Part shown: positions 29,565-40,652 of the stretch, piece after piece
Layout: each line of letters starts with the position of its first letter
Position numbering within the stretch: the first letter of the stretch is position 1
NCBI GenBank assembly: GCA_963766075.1
Contig: CAVYAN010000045.1
Coordinates: forward strand, 1 to 60,739
DNA length: 60,739 nucleotides
Origin: an uncultured cyanobacterium
GTDB taxonomy: Bacteria > Cyanobacteriota > Cyanobacteriia > Leptolyngbyales > Leptolyngbyaceae
Direction: 5' to 3'
Notes under the pieces: generated by a model
What the model was told of the DNA's origin: nothing
Database searches by the model: none
Seen by the model: only the letters and a program-made list of their open reading frames with translations
Translations under genes and position numbers: made by a program

Positions 29565-31142
29565 TTATGGAGCGTGTGAGTGGAGCGTATGAACAGCCTG
29601 GGGCGCATGAATGGCCTCTAGGGCGATCGCTGGACTCGAAGAATCGACTGGGAAGGGTGGGGTCAGGGGGGCGGGGACTGGAGGTAGTGGAGAAGGTACG
29701 GGGGGTGTCAAGCGCTGCATCACCTGTCCCATAAAGGTTTGTAGTAATCCAATGTGGTAATTTTTCTGAAAAACAGCCTGTAGAATCTGGGTGATCCGTT
29801 CAAGCACCAGGGGACTCGCTTCCGCCAGAGCCAAATTGGGCTCTTGGGCACTGAAGTATTCGATCAGGCTAAGACCACTAATACGGGTGAGATAGGCGGC
29901 ACTCACGCCTTGCACACAGCCTCCGGCTACGAAGGTCAGCGCATTCGTTTTGAGCAGAGCTGAAATGGTCTGGCTAGACAGTTCGACTAAGCCAAGCTTG
30001 AGCAATATATTGCCTAGAGTCCTTGCCATTTTTTGGGCTTGCGAAAGGGTCAATTTCTGGCGATAGAGCGTGCCCAGATCCAAGATCATTTGGGCATTGA
30101 TGGCAGTGGTGGCAATGACATCGACCGTGGGCAGGGGACTGGCAAAGGCCGTCGCCGCCGCTAGCCATTGAAACTGCTCCATAATGGCCAAGGCTCGGGC
30201 ACGCCGCAGCGTATTTAGAGCAACGTTAGCTTGGGCTTTGAGGTGAATCGCACGATTCAATGACCCCGCGAGCACCAGTTGTGGCGCTTCCTGCTGGATG
30301 ATGGACTGCAAACGCTGAAGCAGGGAGCTTATATCGGCAGCTTGAGGTTCGAGCCATTCTCGTAGATTGCCGTCGGCTTGGTGCTGTCGAACTTTAATTG
30401 GGGCTGGGGCGGCGGCGATCGCCACCAGATCCATACCCTGGACCGGCATTTGCTGCTGAATGTGGCTGAGAATTTCGGCGCGCTGCTGTGGCAGGTATTG
30501 GTCCTGTTTATTGAAGACGAGCACAGTGCGCGTGTGGGCCGATAGCGCTTGTAAGGCTTGATGCTCTGAGGCAGTTATATCTCCGGCGATCAAAAATAAA
30601 GCCAGGTCAGCCGCGATCGCCGGATACTGGGCCATCTCGTCTGGGGCGATCGCGGCACTGGGCACTTCGGTGCAGGTAATCGGAGTGGGTAAAGCGGTCC
30701 CTTGGACCTGAAGCTGATGCTCTAGAGTCGTTTTGCCTGTGCCCTGGGCGCCAACAATGGCCACATGAAGGGTCTGGCGGGTCACACCTTGGGCAATTTG
30801 GCGTGCTTCAGTCTGCAACGGGGAGAGATCGGGTGGAGCAATGTCCAGCTTGACAAAGTCTGGTTCGGCGGCTTCGGTGGTAATTTGGCTGATCACGTGC
30901 TGGGCGTCATTAATAGCCTGCTGGATGACCGCTGGGGTTAGAGGCGCATTAACAGGCTCCAAGGCGGGGAGTGGAGGGCGCGGCGATCGCCGAAACCACC
31001 AAAATCCCGTTCCCACCAGCCCAACGCAGCCGATCAAAACGCTCAGGGGTTCCAGGAAATTACCAATGGAATCCAGCAGCAGCAATAACAAACATAGGGT
31101 AGCTCCCCCAACGAGAATCGGGCGTTGCAACTTCACAGCCAT
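29565..31142 (-). CDS. DUF697 / slr1306-like GTPase-related protein
   Basis: GAQGTGKTT, NKQD, FASPLPTVD, QGVSAAYLTR. Confidence 0.75.
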   Translation of the reverse strand: MAVKLQRPILVGGATLCLLLLLLDSIGNFLEPLSVLIGCVGLVGTGFWWFRRSPRPPLPALEPVNAPLTPAVIQQAINDAQHVISQITTEAAEPDFVKLDIAPPDLSPLQTEARQIAQGVTRQTLHVAIVGAQGTGKTTLEHQLQVQGTALPTPITCTEVPSAAIAPDEMAQYPAIAADLALFLIAGDITASEHQALQALSAHTRTVLVFNKQDQYLPQQRAEILSHIQQQMPVQGMDLVAIAAAPAPIKVRQHQADGNLREWLEPQAADISSLLQRLQSIIQQEAPQLVLAGSLNRAIHLKAQANVALNTLRRARALAIMEQFQWLAAATAFASPLPTVDVIATTAINAQMILDLGTLYRQKLTLSQAQKMARTLGNILLKLGLVELSSQTISALLKTNALTFVAGGCVQGVSAAYLTRISGLSLIEYFSAQEPNLALAEASPLVLERITQILQAVFQKNYHIGLLQTFMGQVMQRLTPPVPSPLPPVPAPLTPPFPVDSSSPAIALEAIHAPQAVHTLHSHAP

Positions 31143-31390
31143 AGCAAAAGTCGAAAAAATTTATATTTAGCAGAGTTCCAGAGAAGAGTGTTCCAGAGAA
31201 GAGTTCCAGAACAACTGCTGAGAACAGGATATCTAGAATTCTAGAGAAAAAAGGAAAAAGCCGCATGAATGCACCGACAGTGCTAACGCTCCTATTTTAC
31301 TGGGCAGGCGGAGATTTATTGGGGGGATTTATTGGGGTTAGTGGATTTCTCTAATTTACTTTGGCTGTCTTGATTTATTAGGTTTAAACC

Positions 31391-31426
31391 AAAATCGCCC
31401 TCTCATATTACTTGAGAAGGCGATTT
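31391..31426 (-). terminator. intrinsic terminator after tRNA-Met
   Basis: AAAATCGCCCTCTCA...TGAGAAGGCGATTT. Confidence 0.7.
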
Positions 31427-31439
31427 GGATTTGTTCACT

Positions 31440-31516
<77 letters not shown>

Positions 31517-31916
31517 TCGATTGCGTCACTTTCAGCTTTTCTTCGCTTTGTTTCGCTTATTTAATATAGCGTACTCATTCATGAATGGCAACCCGAATTT
31601 GCAAAATAGTTGGCTAGTCACCCCATTGCTCGCAATAGTTAACCGAATGAGCGGCTCGAAAAATCAACTGGGCCATCGGTTTGAATTTCCCATCGGAGCC
31701 ATTCCGATAGGAATGGCCAAATCAAAATTGAGCCAACTCAAAGTTGATATGACTCCGACTTTATCCTAAAATGGTTTAAAGACGTTAAGGTCTGCCTTGC
31801 CTAACTCAGAATACTTTGGAGTGGGCAGCATCCTCGACTACGCGCACAGGCGCACCGCCAAGTTTAGACTAAAGGCGGAAACCTCAAGAACAGAAACCTA
31901 AGCGAGAGACTAACCC

Positions 31917-32519
31917 ATGGCTTTTGAACAACCCCCTCTCCCCTTTGCCGCCAATGCACTGGAAGCTTCCGGAATGAAAGCGGAGACTTTCGAGTATCAC
32001 TTTGGTAAGCACCACAAAGCTTATGTCGATAACCTCAATAACCTGCTCAAAGACAAACCAGAGTACGATGGCAAATCTTTGGAAGATGTAATCCGGATGA
32101 GCTACGGTGATGCGGCCAAGGCTGGAATTTTCAACAATGCCGCGCAGGTTTGGAACCATACATTTTTCTGGAACAGTATTAAAGCTGGTGGCGGCGGCGC
32201 ACCAACGGGCGAACTGGCAGCCCGGATTGATGCGGCTTTCGGTAGCCTCGATCAGTTCAAGGAGCAGTTTACTGCTGCGGCTACGACTCAGTTTGGTAGC
32301 GGTTGGGCGTGGCTGGTGGAAGAAGCCGGCACTTTAAAAATCACCAAAACCCCCAACGCGGAAAACCCTCTGGTCCATGGCCAAAAGCCTTTGCTGACTT
32401 TGGATGTGTGGGAACATGCTTACTACATCGACTTCCGTAATGCGCGTCCCGCCTACATCAAGAACTATCTTGATAAGTTGATTAACTGGGATTTTGCGGC
32501 CCAAAATCTGGCGGGTTAG
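31917..32519 (+). CDS. sodB: Fe superoxide dismutase
   Basis: HFGKHHKAYV, FNNAAQVWNH (Fe-type), QFGSGWAWL, DVWEHAYY. Confidence 0.95.
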   Translation: MAFEQPPLPFAANALEASGMKAETFEYHFGKHHKAYVDNLNNLLKDKPEYDGKSLEDVIRMSYGDAAKAGIFNNAAQVWNHTFFWNSIKAGGGGAPTGELAARIDAAFGSLDQFKEQFTAAATTQFGSGWAWLVEEAGTLKITKTPNAENPLVHGQKPLLTLDVWEHAYYIDFRNARPAYIKNYLDKLINWDFAAQNLAG

Positions 32520-32573
32520 TTCCGATTAATTTTTGATGAAACGCCGTTGCTTAGCAACTTGGCAATACCGTTT

Positions 32574-32608
32574 GTGGGAGAGGATGCACACCCTCTCCCA
32601 CTCTTTTT
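32574..32608 (+). terminator. intrinsic terminator after sodB
   Basis: GTGGGAGAGG...CCTCTCCCAC followed by TCTTTTT. Confidence 0.7.
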
Positions 32609-32667
32609 ATTCTCCCACTCTTTTGATTAAGTGATTAAGCGGGAGCATTAAACCGCCGAACAGAGGG

Positions 32668-33723
32668 CTAGAGTCCTCTGGCCACGGCAAGTTGAATGAG
32701 TTGATCAACTAGCGCCGGAAACGGCACCCCTGTGGCCGCCCACAATTGAGGATACATGCTGAGGGCCGTGAAACCAGGCAGGGTGTTAATTTCGTTGATG
32801 AAAATTTCACCAGTGGCCTCGACATAGAAAAAGTCCACGCGGGACAGTCCAGCGCAGTCCAGTGCCAGAAAGGCTTGTACTGCCATGTCTTGGATTTGCT
32901 GGGTGATGCTGGCGGGCAGCACGGGGTTGATGATTAAGTTGGCTTTGCCGTCGGTGTATTTGGTTTCGTAGTCATAAAATTCGCTCTCGAAGGTGATTTC
33001 GCCTAGCACAGAAGCGCGGGGAGACTCGTTGCCGAGAACGGCGCATTCAATTTCGCGGGCCGTGACGCCAGCTTCGACGATGATCCGGCGATCGTAGCTG
33101 GCCGCGCTGTCAAGGGCCGTTTCGAGTTGGGCACGGTTGCGGGCTTTGGCAATACCGACCGAGGAACCCAGGTTAGCGGGTTTGACAAAACAGGGATATC
33201 CCAGTTGCGCTTCAATGCGATCGCACAATTTAGGAAAGATACAGGGATCAGACCAGACCTGCGATCGCGTTACAGTAGCGTACTGCACCTGGGGCAACCC
33301 CGCCTGGGCAAAGGCCGTTTTCATGGCAATTTTGTCCATCCCCACACAGGAGCCGAGCACTCCAGACCCCACGAACGGCACCTGCATGAGCTGCAATAGT
33401 CCCTGGACGGTGCCATCTTCGCCGTTAGGACCATGCAAAATGGGAAACCACACCTCGACTGCTGCGGCTTGGTCGGGAAACTGCCAGCGGTTGATGGGGG
33501 TATTGCTTTCGACGGACAGCGCGATGCCCGAGTCCAATACTTGCTGGGCAACGACAGTCCCTTGCCAAAGGCCATCTTTTTGGATGTAAAAGGGCAAGAC
33601 ATCATAGGTGGTCGCATTGGCGGGGTCGGCTAGGGCCGCCGCGATCGCCCGGGCCGACGTAATCGACACCTCATGCTCTCCGGAACATCCCCCAAACAAT
33701 AGTCCGACCTTTAGCTTTGCCAT
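32668..33723 (-). CDS. ddl: D-alanine-D-alanine ligase
   Basis: [47 protein letters not shown]. Confidence 0.97.
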   Translation of the reverse strand: MAKLKVGLLFGGCSGEHEVSITSARAIAAALADPANATTYDVLPFYIQKDGLWQGTVVAQQVLDSGIALSVESNTPINRWQFPDQAAAVEVWFPILHGPNGEDGTVQGLLQLMQVPFVGSGVLGSCVGMDKIAMKTAFAQAGLPQVQYATVTRSQVWSDPCIFPKLCDRIEAQLGYPCFVKPANLGSSVGIAKARNRAQLETALDSAASYDRRIIVEAGVTAREIECAVLGNESPRASVLGEITFESEFYDYETKYTDGKANLIINPVLPASITQQIQDMAVQAFLALDCAGLSRVDFFYVEATGEIFINEINTLPGFTALSMYPQLWAATGVPFPALVDQLIQLAVARGL

Positions 33724-33923
33724 AACTGCCTCAAAACGCGATATATGTTTCTACCACTAAAGTAGGCATGGGTGAAAGAACATACCGAGATGCCGAGATA
33801 TTTTTGATGCCGTTCCCTATGGCGAGATGTCCTTTATCCGGGTGCAGAGTCCCGAAGTCGATCGCCGCCCTGCTGAAATCCCAAAAATTCAAGGATAATG
33901 GATAAGTCCTGTCCCTTGTTTGC

Positions 33924-34208
33924 ATGGAAGCTTTTGACCTGACCCCACCCGACTGGACCCAGTCGGCCACTCATGCCCCCAACTTCGGCTGTTCCCGCTG
34001 CGGCAGTTCTCCCAAAGCTGCGGTCAAGGTATGGATCAATCGGCGATCGCCTGTCTACACGGAAAATCACCGCCGCAAATGGCAAGAATTCTACCAATGC
34101 GGTGAATGTAGCACGGCTTGGTGGGCCTGGAGCAGCGATCGGCCCCCCTCGGATTTGCCAGATATTCGAACGAGACATTCCCCAGACCTTTCGCAACTCA
34201 GCCTTTGA
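33924..34208 (+). CDS. small cyanobacterial Zn-ribbon-like hypothetical protein
   Basis: CSRC...CGEC, VWINRRSPV, RKWQEFY, WWAWSSDRPP. Confidence 0.75.
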   Translation: MEAFDLTPPDWTQSATHAPNFGCSRCGSSPKAAVKVWINRRSPVYTENHRRKWQEFYQCGECSTAWWAWSSDRPPSDLPDIRTRHSPDLSQLSL

Positions 34209-34372
34209 TGATTTCACCTTTGACGATCTTTGAGACTATCTCTGAGGCGGTCTCCGAGGCGATCTCTGCAATGATGGCCTTGAGTAATGACCTCTGAATC
34301 TGAAGTCGAGGAATTTTTGGAGTTCATGGGTCACAGGAGGCTGCTCCCCGTTGAGTGTCCAGATGACCAAAG

Positions 34373-35020
34373 CTATGGAGAAATTGCCGGCTTAATCACA
34401 AACCCAACTCCGGGCTGAAGGCGATCGGCCACGACAGCGCGTCCCGTGACGATTGTCCCTTGGCGTACCGTTGGTGCCATCGAGGGATTTCTGGGATAGG
34501 TCTTACCGTCGAATTTCAGCACATGGTAGGTGGGTTGAGCCCCACCACCGGCCACATAGAGGACTAATTCTCGCCAGCCCTGGGTTGTTGCGTCGCTGAC
34601 TACGATAGGAGCGTTTACCACGGTGTGGCGGGACACAAGCCGATAGGTGCCTTGGCCCGTCGGTTGAAAGACCATCATCGTACACCCTCCCGAGCCGCAG
34701 AGGGATCGCCCAAGTAGGTAAGCAATAACTTCCGATCGCCCGTCCCCATTCAAATCAATCTGATTGTAGAGATAGCGCACTCCCGCAACCCGTCCGGCCA
34801 GTTCTCGACGCAGGGCGGCTTCCAAGGCTGGACTGTCTAGGGTATTGGCGAGATCGTAGGTCAACGCCCGAAATCGCACCCCATCCACATTGGGTAGGGT
34901 GGTAATTTCCGCTGGTTCTGCGACAGCAGCACTCGGCAGCAGCCCAAACACCGCGCCCAGGCTGATACAACGGAAAAGAACGGCGATCGCAACGGAATAC
35001 TTTGCCCAAAGAAATCGCAT
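34373..35020 (-). CDS. exported hypothetical protein
   Basis: Signal peptide (AVA-E), DLNGDGRSE (Ca-binding-like), CGSGGC. Confidence 0.7.
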   Translation of the reverse strand: MRFLWAKYSVAIAVLFRCISLGAVFGLLPSAAVAEPAEITTLPNVDGVRFRALTYDLANTLDSPALEAALRRELAGRVAGVRYLYNQIDLNGDGRSEVIAYLLGRSLCGSGGCTMMVFQPTGQGTYRLVSRHTVVNAPIVVSDATTQGWRELVLYVAGGGAQPTYHVLKFDGKTYPRNPSMAPTVRQGTIVTGRAVVADRLQPGVGFVIKPAISP

Positions 35021-35199
35021 TAGCCTCCTAGCCCATCACAGCGTAAACGTGGAAACTCCCCAAAATCCTTTCCAGAATTGGAGCCCAAGCACTCTTAAAT
35101 TCTACGTTTTGCATTTTGCATTTTTAATTGCTGCATTGGCATGGTCGGGGCGTGCCGCCAGTCTTGCTAGTCTCGACTATGCCAATGCAGTCAGACTGC

Positions 35200-36438
35200 T
35201 TACAGGGTCACCTGTCCGCTAGTAGCCAACACCCGCGCACTCACACCAAACACCCGCAGCAACCCCTCTGAATCCGCATGGTTGTAGGAACCAATGCCTT
35301 CCATGGAAGCATTTTCTTCGGAGTAGAGGGAATGTGGGGCATGCGCGGCTGAGACAAAGGAAATATTTCCTTTGTAGAGTGATACGGTGATTTCCCCCGT
35401 GGCAAGGCTCGCAATATGTTGCACAGCGTTCAGCGCCATTTGCGTCGTCAGGTCAAACCACTGGCCTTGGTAGATTTGCTTGGCGATTAGTAGAGACAGT
35501 TGGTCAAAGAATTCGCGAGCGCGGCGATCCAAGATCAACTGCAGCAGCAGCGCATAACAGGTCCCCAGAATTTCCACTCCGGGACTTTCATAGACGCCTC
35601 TGGACTTAATGCCCACAAAGCGATTTTCCACAAGGTGAGTGCCAATACCAATGCCCAACTTGCCCCCGATTTGGTTCAATTGCATCAGTGCTTCGACCAA
35701 GCCCACGGATGTGCCATTTAGCTTCACGGGCACGCCTTTGTCAAAGGTAATGGTCAGGGTTTCTGTCACATCCGGAGCATCGACGGGATAGCAACCCATA
35801 ATCGGTTTGACAAAGTGTGCGGGAGTCGTCAGTTCCTCCAGTTTGCCAGATTCGTGGGTTAGCCCCAGCAGGTTGGCATCGGTGGAGTAGGGTTTTTCCT
35901 TGGTTGCAGAAACCGACAAGCCACTTTCCTGACAAAAATCAATCATTTCGCTGCGGCCTGGAAAGCGGGCCAGAAAGGACTCATCCCGCCAGGGCGCATA
36001 CACGTCAAAATCAGGAGCCAGCATGTTCGTGATCAGTTGAAACCGGACCTGATCGTTGCCCCGCCCGGTGGCACCGTGGCTAAAGATGGTGAGTCCTCGC
36101 TCTTTCATCGCCACAATCATGGCTTTGGTGAGGACACAGCGGGCAATGCCGGTGGTGTTCCAGTAGCGCCCTTCATAACAGGCTTGGGACTGGACCACTT
36201 GTAGACCGGCGATCGCAATTTCTTCCTGGACCGGTAAGAGGACAAAATCCACGGCCCCCGCTTGCAACATGCGATCGCGCACAGCGGTCATATCTTCTTC
36301 ATCCGGTTGACCTAGATCAGCGGTGAAACACACCACATTAACCCCTTGATTGGTCAGCCAGCGGGTAATGGTGCAACTGTCCAACCCCCCGGAGCCAGCA
36401 AATGCCACGGTCTTTCCCTTCAACTCTTGCGCATTCAT
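35200..36438 (-). CDS. argG: argininosuccinate synthase (divergent type)
   Basis: SGGLDS, ADLGQ, HGATGRGNDQVRF, YSTDANL, ENRFVGIKSRGVYESPG. Confidence 0.92.
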   Translation of the reverse strand: MNAQELKGKTVAFAGSGGLDSCTITRWLTNQGVNVVCFTADLGQPDEEDMTAVRDRMLQAGAVDFVLLPVQEEIAIAGLQVVQSQACYEGRYWNTTGIARCVLTKAMIVAMKERGLTIFSHGATGRGNDQVRFQLITNMLAPDFDVYAPWRDESFLARFPGRSEMIDFCQESGLSVSATKEKPYSTDANLLGLTHESGKLEELTTPAHFVKPIMGCYPVDAPDVTETLTITFDKGVPVKLNGTSVGLVEALMQLNQIGGKLGIGIGTHLVENRFVGIKSRGVYESPGVEILGTCYALLLQLILDRRAREFFDQLSLLIAKQIYQGQWFDLTTQMALNAVQHIASLATGEITVSLYKGNISFVSAAHAPHSLYSEENASMEGIGSYNHADSEGLLRVFGVSARVLATSGQVTL

Positions 36439-36640
36439 GTCTCACTTGCCTCTAAAATTTCTGGCCGCTAATTTCCGGCTCTCTAGTTTCTGCCTTTCTT
36501 GCTGCCGTTCCGGACTCTAACAAAGGTCTTATTATCCAACCAATCGCGCTAGATTTTGTGGTCAGGAGTACCGATTTGGAGATCTGCTGAAGTGGGCAAT
36601 CCATTAAACTAGAGCTAATGCACGCCTCAAGGCTGGAATC

Positions 36641-36924
36641 ATGGTACTCCAAGTCCCCCCCAAAGCCGCTGCCGACATTATCTATTTGCAAACGGATGTG
36701 TACCCGGAAACTGACGGGCAGCCCATGGCTAGCAACACCACCCAATTTCGCTGGATTGTTTTGGTGAAGGAAAATCTGGAAATTTTGTTTGCGGAGAATC
36801 CCCATGTATTTGTGGCGAGCAGCAGTTGGAACAGAAAGAACAGCAGTTGGCCGCCGAACAGCAGCGATCGCAGGCCCTAGCGGAACGACTGCGATCGCTG
36901 GGAGTGGAGCCCGATCAGATTTGA
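36641..36924 (+). pseudogene. Uma2 endonuclease with large internal deletion
   Basis: N-terminus YPETDGQPMASNTTQFRWIVLVKENLEILFA...VFVA joined out of frame at ~36817 to the typical tail EQQRSQALAERLRSLGVEPDQI*. Confidence 0.8.
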
Positions 36925-37142
36925 TGAACCTTGTTTCTTAGGTCTGGCCGGTGATTGATTTTTTGCCTGCATCCCAGTGTTTATTTCACGCTCGCGCAGC
37001 CCTGCGCCGTGGCCTTGTTTGTGACTGACGCTTTAGCGGATCCCGTCCCCCAGAATCGGCCCTGATCCGGCGTTCTTTTCACCCTCTCACTACCGGAACA
37101 CCCTACGGCTCATGCCCTCCTCTCCTGATTCAGGCACGGCCT

Positions 37143-37793
37143 ATGCACTATGTCTACCTACACGGATTTGCCTCTAGCCCCCGGTCTCGCAAAGCGTGCG
37201 ATTTACGGGACCGCTTCGCCCAACTTGATCTCCCCTTAGTCACCCCCGACCTCAACCAGGGCGACTTCCCCCACCTGACCCTCTCTCGCCAAATCCAACA
37301 AGTAAAAGCTGTCTTGCCGCAAGCTTCCGTCACCCTGTTGGGTTCTAGTTTGGGTGGCCTCACCGCCGCTTGGGTGGCCCAACACTGTCCGCAAGTCACC
37401 CGGTTGGTCCTGTTAGCACCGGCTTTTGGGTTTCTGAGCCATTGGCTCCCCCAGTTAGGAGCGGCCCAACTGCACCAGTGGCAAACGAGCGATCGCCTGT
37501 CTGTTTTTCACCATGGAGTCGGCAAGCCGTTGCCCCTACACTACGGGTTTGTGGAAGATTGTCGGAGCTATGATGACAGCGCCCTGCGGCGACCTATCCC
37601 GACGTTAATTCTCCATGGCCATCAAGATACCGTGATCCCGATCGACGCCAGCATTAAGTTTGCCCGCGATCGCCCCTGGGTGCAGCTCATGCCCCTGGAC
37701 AGTGACCATGGCCTCTTAAATGTCAGTGGGGAAATATGGGCGGCGATCGCCCCCTTCTGCGCTCTGGCTACCCCTGAAACACCGGCAGCGTGA
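37143..37793 (+). CDS. YqiA/YcfP-family esterase (alpha/beta hydrolase)
   Basis: YLHGFASSP, GSSLGG, HGHQD, DH. Confidence 0.88.
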   Translation: MHYVYLHGFASSPRSRKACDLRDRFAQLDLPLVTPDLNQGDFPHLTLSRQIQQVKAVLPQASVTLLGSSLGGLTAAWVAQHCPQVTRLVLLAPAFGFLSHWLPQLGAAQLHQWQTSDRLSVFHHGVGKPLPLHYGFVEDCRSYDDSALRRPIPTLILHGHQDTVIPIDASIKFARDRPWVQLMPLDSDHGLLNVSGEIWAAIAPFCALATPETPAA

Positions 37794-39027
37794 AGTGAAA
37801 ACAAGTGCCATGTCCCAGCACCGAATCCGCCCAAATTTGACCATAGTGGGCCCGCACAATCCGACGACACAGCGATAGGCCCAGCCCATAGCCTTCCTGG
37901 GCCACATCCCGTTCCAACCGAAAGCGGTCTTCAAAAATCCGCTCCAGGTTGTCCTCGGGAATGCCTGGACCATTATCACAAATACTGACCTGCACCTTTT
38001 GGGCAGTGCGATGCAGGATCGCCACATCCACCTTGCCATTCTGGGGCGTGTATTTAATCGCATTGTCCAGCAAATTCACAATCACCTGGCGCATTCGCTC
38101 CTCATCAGCCAGGACAATGGGCAAATCCGAGGGAATATCCGTCGTGACCTGGAGCGATTTGGCAACAAACTGCTCCCCACAATAATCCAAAATCGAGAGG
38201 CAAAGACTGCCCAGATCGAGGCGCTGAGCTTGGAGTCGCAGTTCCGAGGTGGCCCCCCGGGAAGCTTGCAAAATGTCGGTAATCATCCGGTCGATCGCCC
38301 GAGTTTGGGTCCGCGCATGCTTCAAAAGCTGCGCCGTCAGGGCAGGCGTCAAGCGAGAAGACCAGCCCTCCGCTTCGCTGTGCCCCATTTCCAAGGTTTC
38401 TAGGGCGATGGAGGTGGCGGTCAGCGGATTACGTAAATCGTGAGCCAGCATCGAAATGATCTGATCTTTGAACTTGAGCTGATTGTCCAGATTTTCGTTT
38501 TCGCGTTTCAGGCGAAACACCTCATCCGATAGGCGAATCATCTCCGAAGAGCGGGCAATGGACTGCAACGCCCCCGGCTTGGCGATCGCTGCTGTCAAAT
38601 CCGTTGGTGTTAAGGGGGGAGATAGTTCTAGCGATACAGGCACTTCCGGGGAGACGACCACAGCCTGACTCGGCGCATTTTCCAACGGCTGCGACTGTGC
38701 CCCAGTTGCCACAGCTTCCGCCGATAGCTTCCATTGGATCCAACAGAGGTCTAGCTGCGCCAACAAATTGCCGCCCGCCAGGGTTTGTCTCGGTTCCGGA
38801 TGAACCTTAATCAAAGAGGGCGTCGCCACCAGCCGAAAGTGCTCTGCGAGATGTGGCTGCTCACCCACATCAATAATCTGTAACTCAAACGGATAGTCCG
38901 CTTTTTTCTTTTTCAGGGACGTTCGCAACTGGCGTACCTGCTCGCCCGTTCGCGTCCGTTTGTCCACAAACAACAACAGTTGCAAAGGCATTTCAACATT
39001 AACTGACTTTTCAGGAAATGCCTGCAT
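37768..39027 (-). CDS. sasA: circadian output histidine kinase SasA
   Basis: KaiB-like N-domain (QLLLFVD...PHLAEHFRLVATPSLIK), AHDLRNPLTA H-box, NLLDNAIKYT, DNGPGI, GYGLGL. Confidence 0.93.
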   Translation of the reverse strand: MQAFPEKSVNVEMPLQLLLFVDKRTRTGEQVRQLRTSLKKKKADYPFELQIIDVGEQPHLAEHFRLVATPSLIKVHPEPRQTLAGGNLLAQLDLCWIQWKLSAEAVATGAQSQPLENAPSQAVVVSPEVPVSLELSPPLTPTDLTAAIAKPGALQSIARSSEMIRLSDEVFRLKRENENLDNQLKFKDQIISMLAHDLRNPLTATSIALETLEMGHSEAEGWSSRLTPALTAQLLKHARTQTRAIDRMITDILQASRGATSELRLQAQRLDLGSLCLSILDYCGEQFVAKSLQVTTDIPSDLPIVLADEERMRQVIVNLLDNAIKYTPQNGKVDVAILHRTAQKVQVSICDNGPGIPEDNLERIFEDRFRLERDVAQEGYGLGLSLCRRIVRAHYGQIWADSVLGHGTCFHFTLPVFQG

Positions 39028-39416
39028 GACTCTTCCCAGCTTTAGTGAAGCGAATATTATGAGGTGTGCTTAGCGCAGTCCAGCCCGGAGGCCAGAACTT
39101 TTCTCAGAAAGAACCGACTGCTGGACCTAGATCAGATTTAATAGGGTCAATTTCAATACAATAAGTAAAGAAGATAACAATGATCCAATTCTCTTTATCT
39201 TTACATAAAAGGGGTGATCTGAAGAGTCTTGGCACGGAAACTCAGTCGTTTGACCCGGTAACAGGCGAAAATCTTTGGTCACTGCTGGGCAGAATGAAGA
39301 TCAGGCAGGTTTTTTAGCCAGCGGGATTCTGGTTTAGGTCTCTAATCGCGCTCAAGAACCATCCGTCAGATTGTAAAGTAAGGCAATCTATTCACAAAAG
39401 TGCAAAAATCATCTCC

Positions 39417-40607
39417 ATGAAGATTTTGGTACTGGCTTGGGAATTCCCCCCTCGTATCGTCGGCGGTATTGCGCGCCATGTGGCGGAGCTATACCCTGAG
39501 ATCGTTAACTTTGGACACAGCATCTATTTAGTGACTGTGGAATTTGGCCATGCGCCTGCCTACGAGGTGGTGGATGGTATCCAAGTACATCGCATTGCTG
39601 TCCCGCCGAGTCAGGACTTTTTCCACTGGGTGGGCAACATGAACCAAAGCCTGGGACACCACGGTGGCAAACTGCTGCGGGAAGAAGGCCCGTTTGACTT
39701 GATCCATGCCCATGATTGGCTGGTGGGAGACGCGGCGATCGCCCTGAAACACCTGTTCAAAGTCCCCTTGGTGGCCACCATCCACGCCACTGAATTTGGC
39801 CGTTGCCACGGCATCCACACCGATCCCCAGCGCTACATCCACGGCAAGGAAAAACAGCTCTCCCATGAAGCTTGGCGCGTCATTGTCTGCACCAACTACA
39901 TGCGCTTGGAAGTGGAGCGCGCCCTTGCTGTGCCCTGGAACAAAGTCGATGTGGTCTACAATGGCATTCGTCCGGAGAAAAAACAACATCCCCCGGAATT
40001 TGACGCCCTAGCATTTCGGCGGCGCTTTGCCCACGATAACGAAAAAGTGGTCTACTATGTCGGGCGGATGACCCATGAAAAGGGGGTGGCCTGCCTACTG
40101 AGCGCAGCCCCCAAAGTACTGGCGGGGATGGAACAGCAGGTTAAATTGATTATTATTGGTGGTGGCAATACCGAATCGCTGAAGCGGCAAGCCTGGGATC
40201 TGGGAATTTGGCACCAGTGTTATTTCACGGGCTTTATGTCTGATGCGGATCTTGATAAGTTTCAAACCGTGGCCGACTGTGCTGTTTTTCCCAGCCTGTA
40301 CGAACCGTTTGGTATTGTTGCCTTGGAGAGTTTTGCGGCCCGCGTGCCCGTAGTGGTATCTGACACGGGCGGCCTACCGGAGGTCGTACGCCATGGCAAA
40401 ACGGGGATTGTGACGTGGACAAACAATCCAGATTCGTTGGCGTGGGGAATCCTGACAGTGCTGAAAAATCCGGCCTATGCCCAGTGGATGACCCAGAATG
40501 CCTACAAGGATCTTGGGCATCGGTTTAACTGGGTGAAGCTGGCTGAGCAAACAACAGCGGTCTATGGCCGGGTGCTGCATGAGCGGGCGGCGATCGCCTG
40601 GGAGTAG
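39417..40607 (+). CDS. glycosyltransferase family 4
   Basis: WEFPPRIVGG, HAHDW, VGR, PSLYEPFGIVALE. Confidence 0.92.
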   Translation: MKILVLAWEFPPRIVGGIARHVAELYPEIVNFGHSIYLVTVEFGHAPAYEVVDGIQVHRIAVPPSQDFFHWVGNMNQSLGHHGGKLLREEGPFDLIHAHDWLVGDAAIALKHLFKVPLVATIHATEFGRCHGIHTDPQRYIHGKEKQLSHEAWRVIVCTNYMRLEVERALAVPWNKVDVVYNGIRPEKKQHPPEFDALAFRRRFAHDNEKVVYYVGRMTHEKGVACLLSAAPKVLAGMEQQVKLIIIGGGNTESLKRQAWDLGIWHQCYFTGFMSDADLDKFQTVADCAVFPSLYEPFGIVALESFAARVPVVVSDTGGLPEVVRHGKTGIVTWTNNPDSLAWGILTVLKNPAYAQWMTQNAYKDLGHRFNWVKLAEQTTAVYGRVLHERAAIAWE

Positions 40608-40652
40608 GCAAGCCATGGTGTGGCTGGCCTTGGGTCTCCATTGGGCCTGCAT

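Noticed and set aside
37768..37793. Convergent overlap of the esterase gene and sasA
   Set aside because: A short 3' overlap is ordinary
39180..39215. Possible RpaB/HLR1-like site upstream of sasA (TTTACATA)
   Set aside because: Only one convincing half-site
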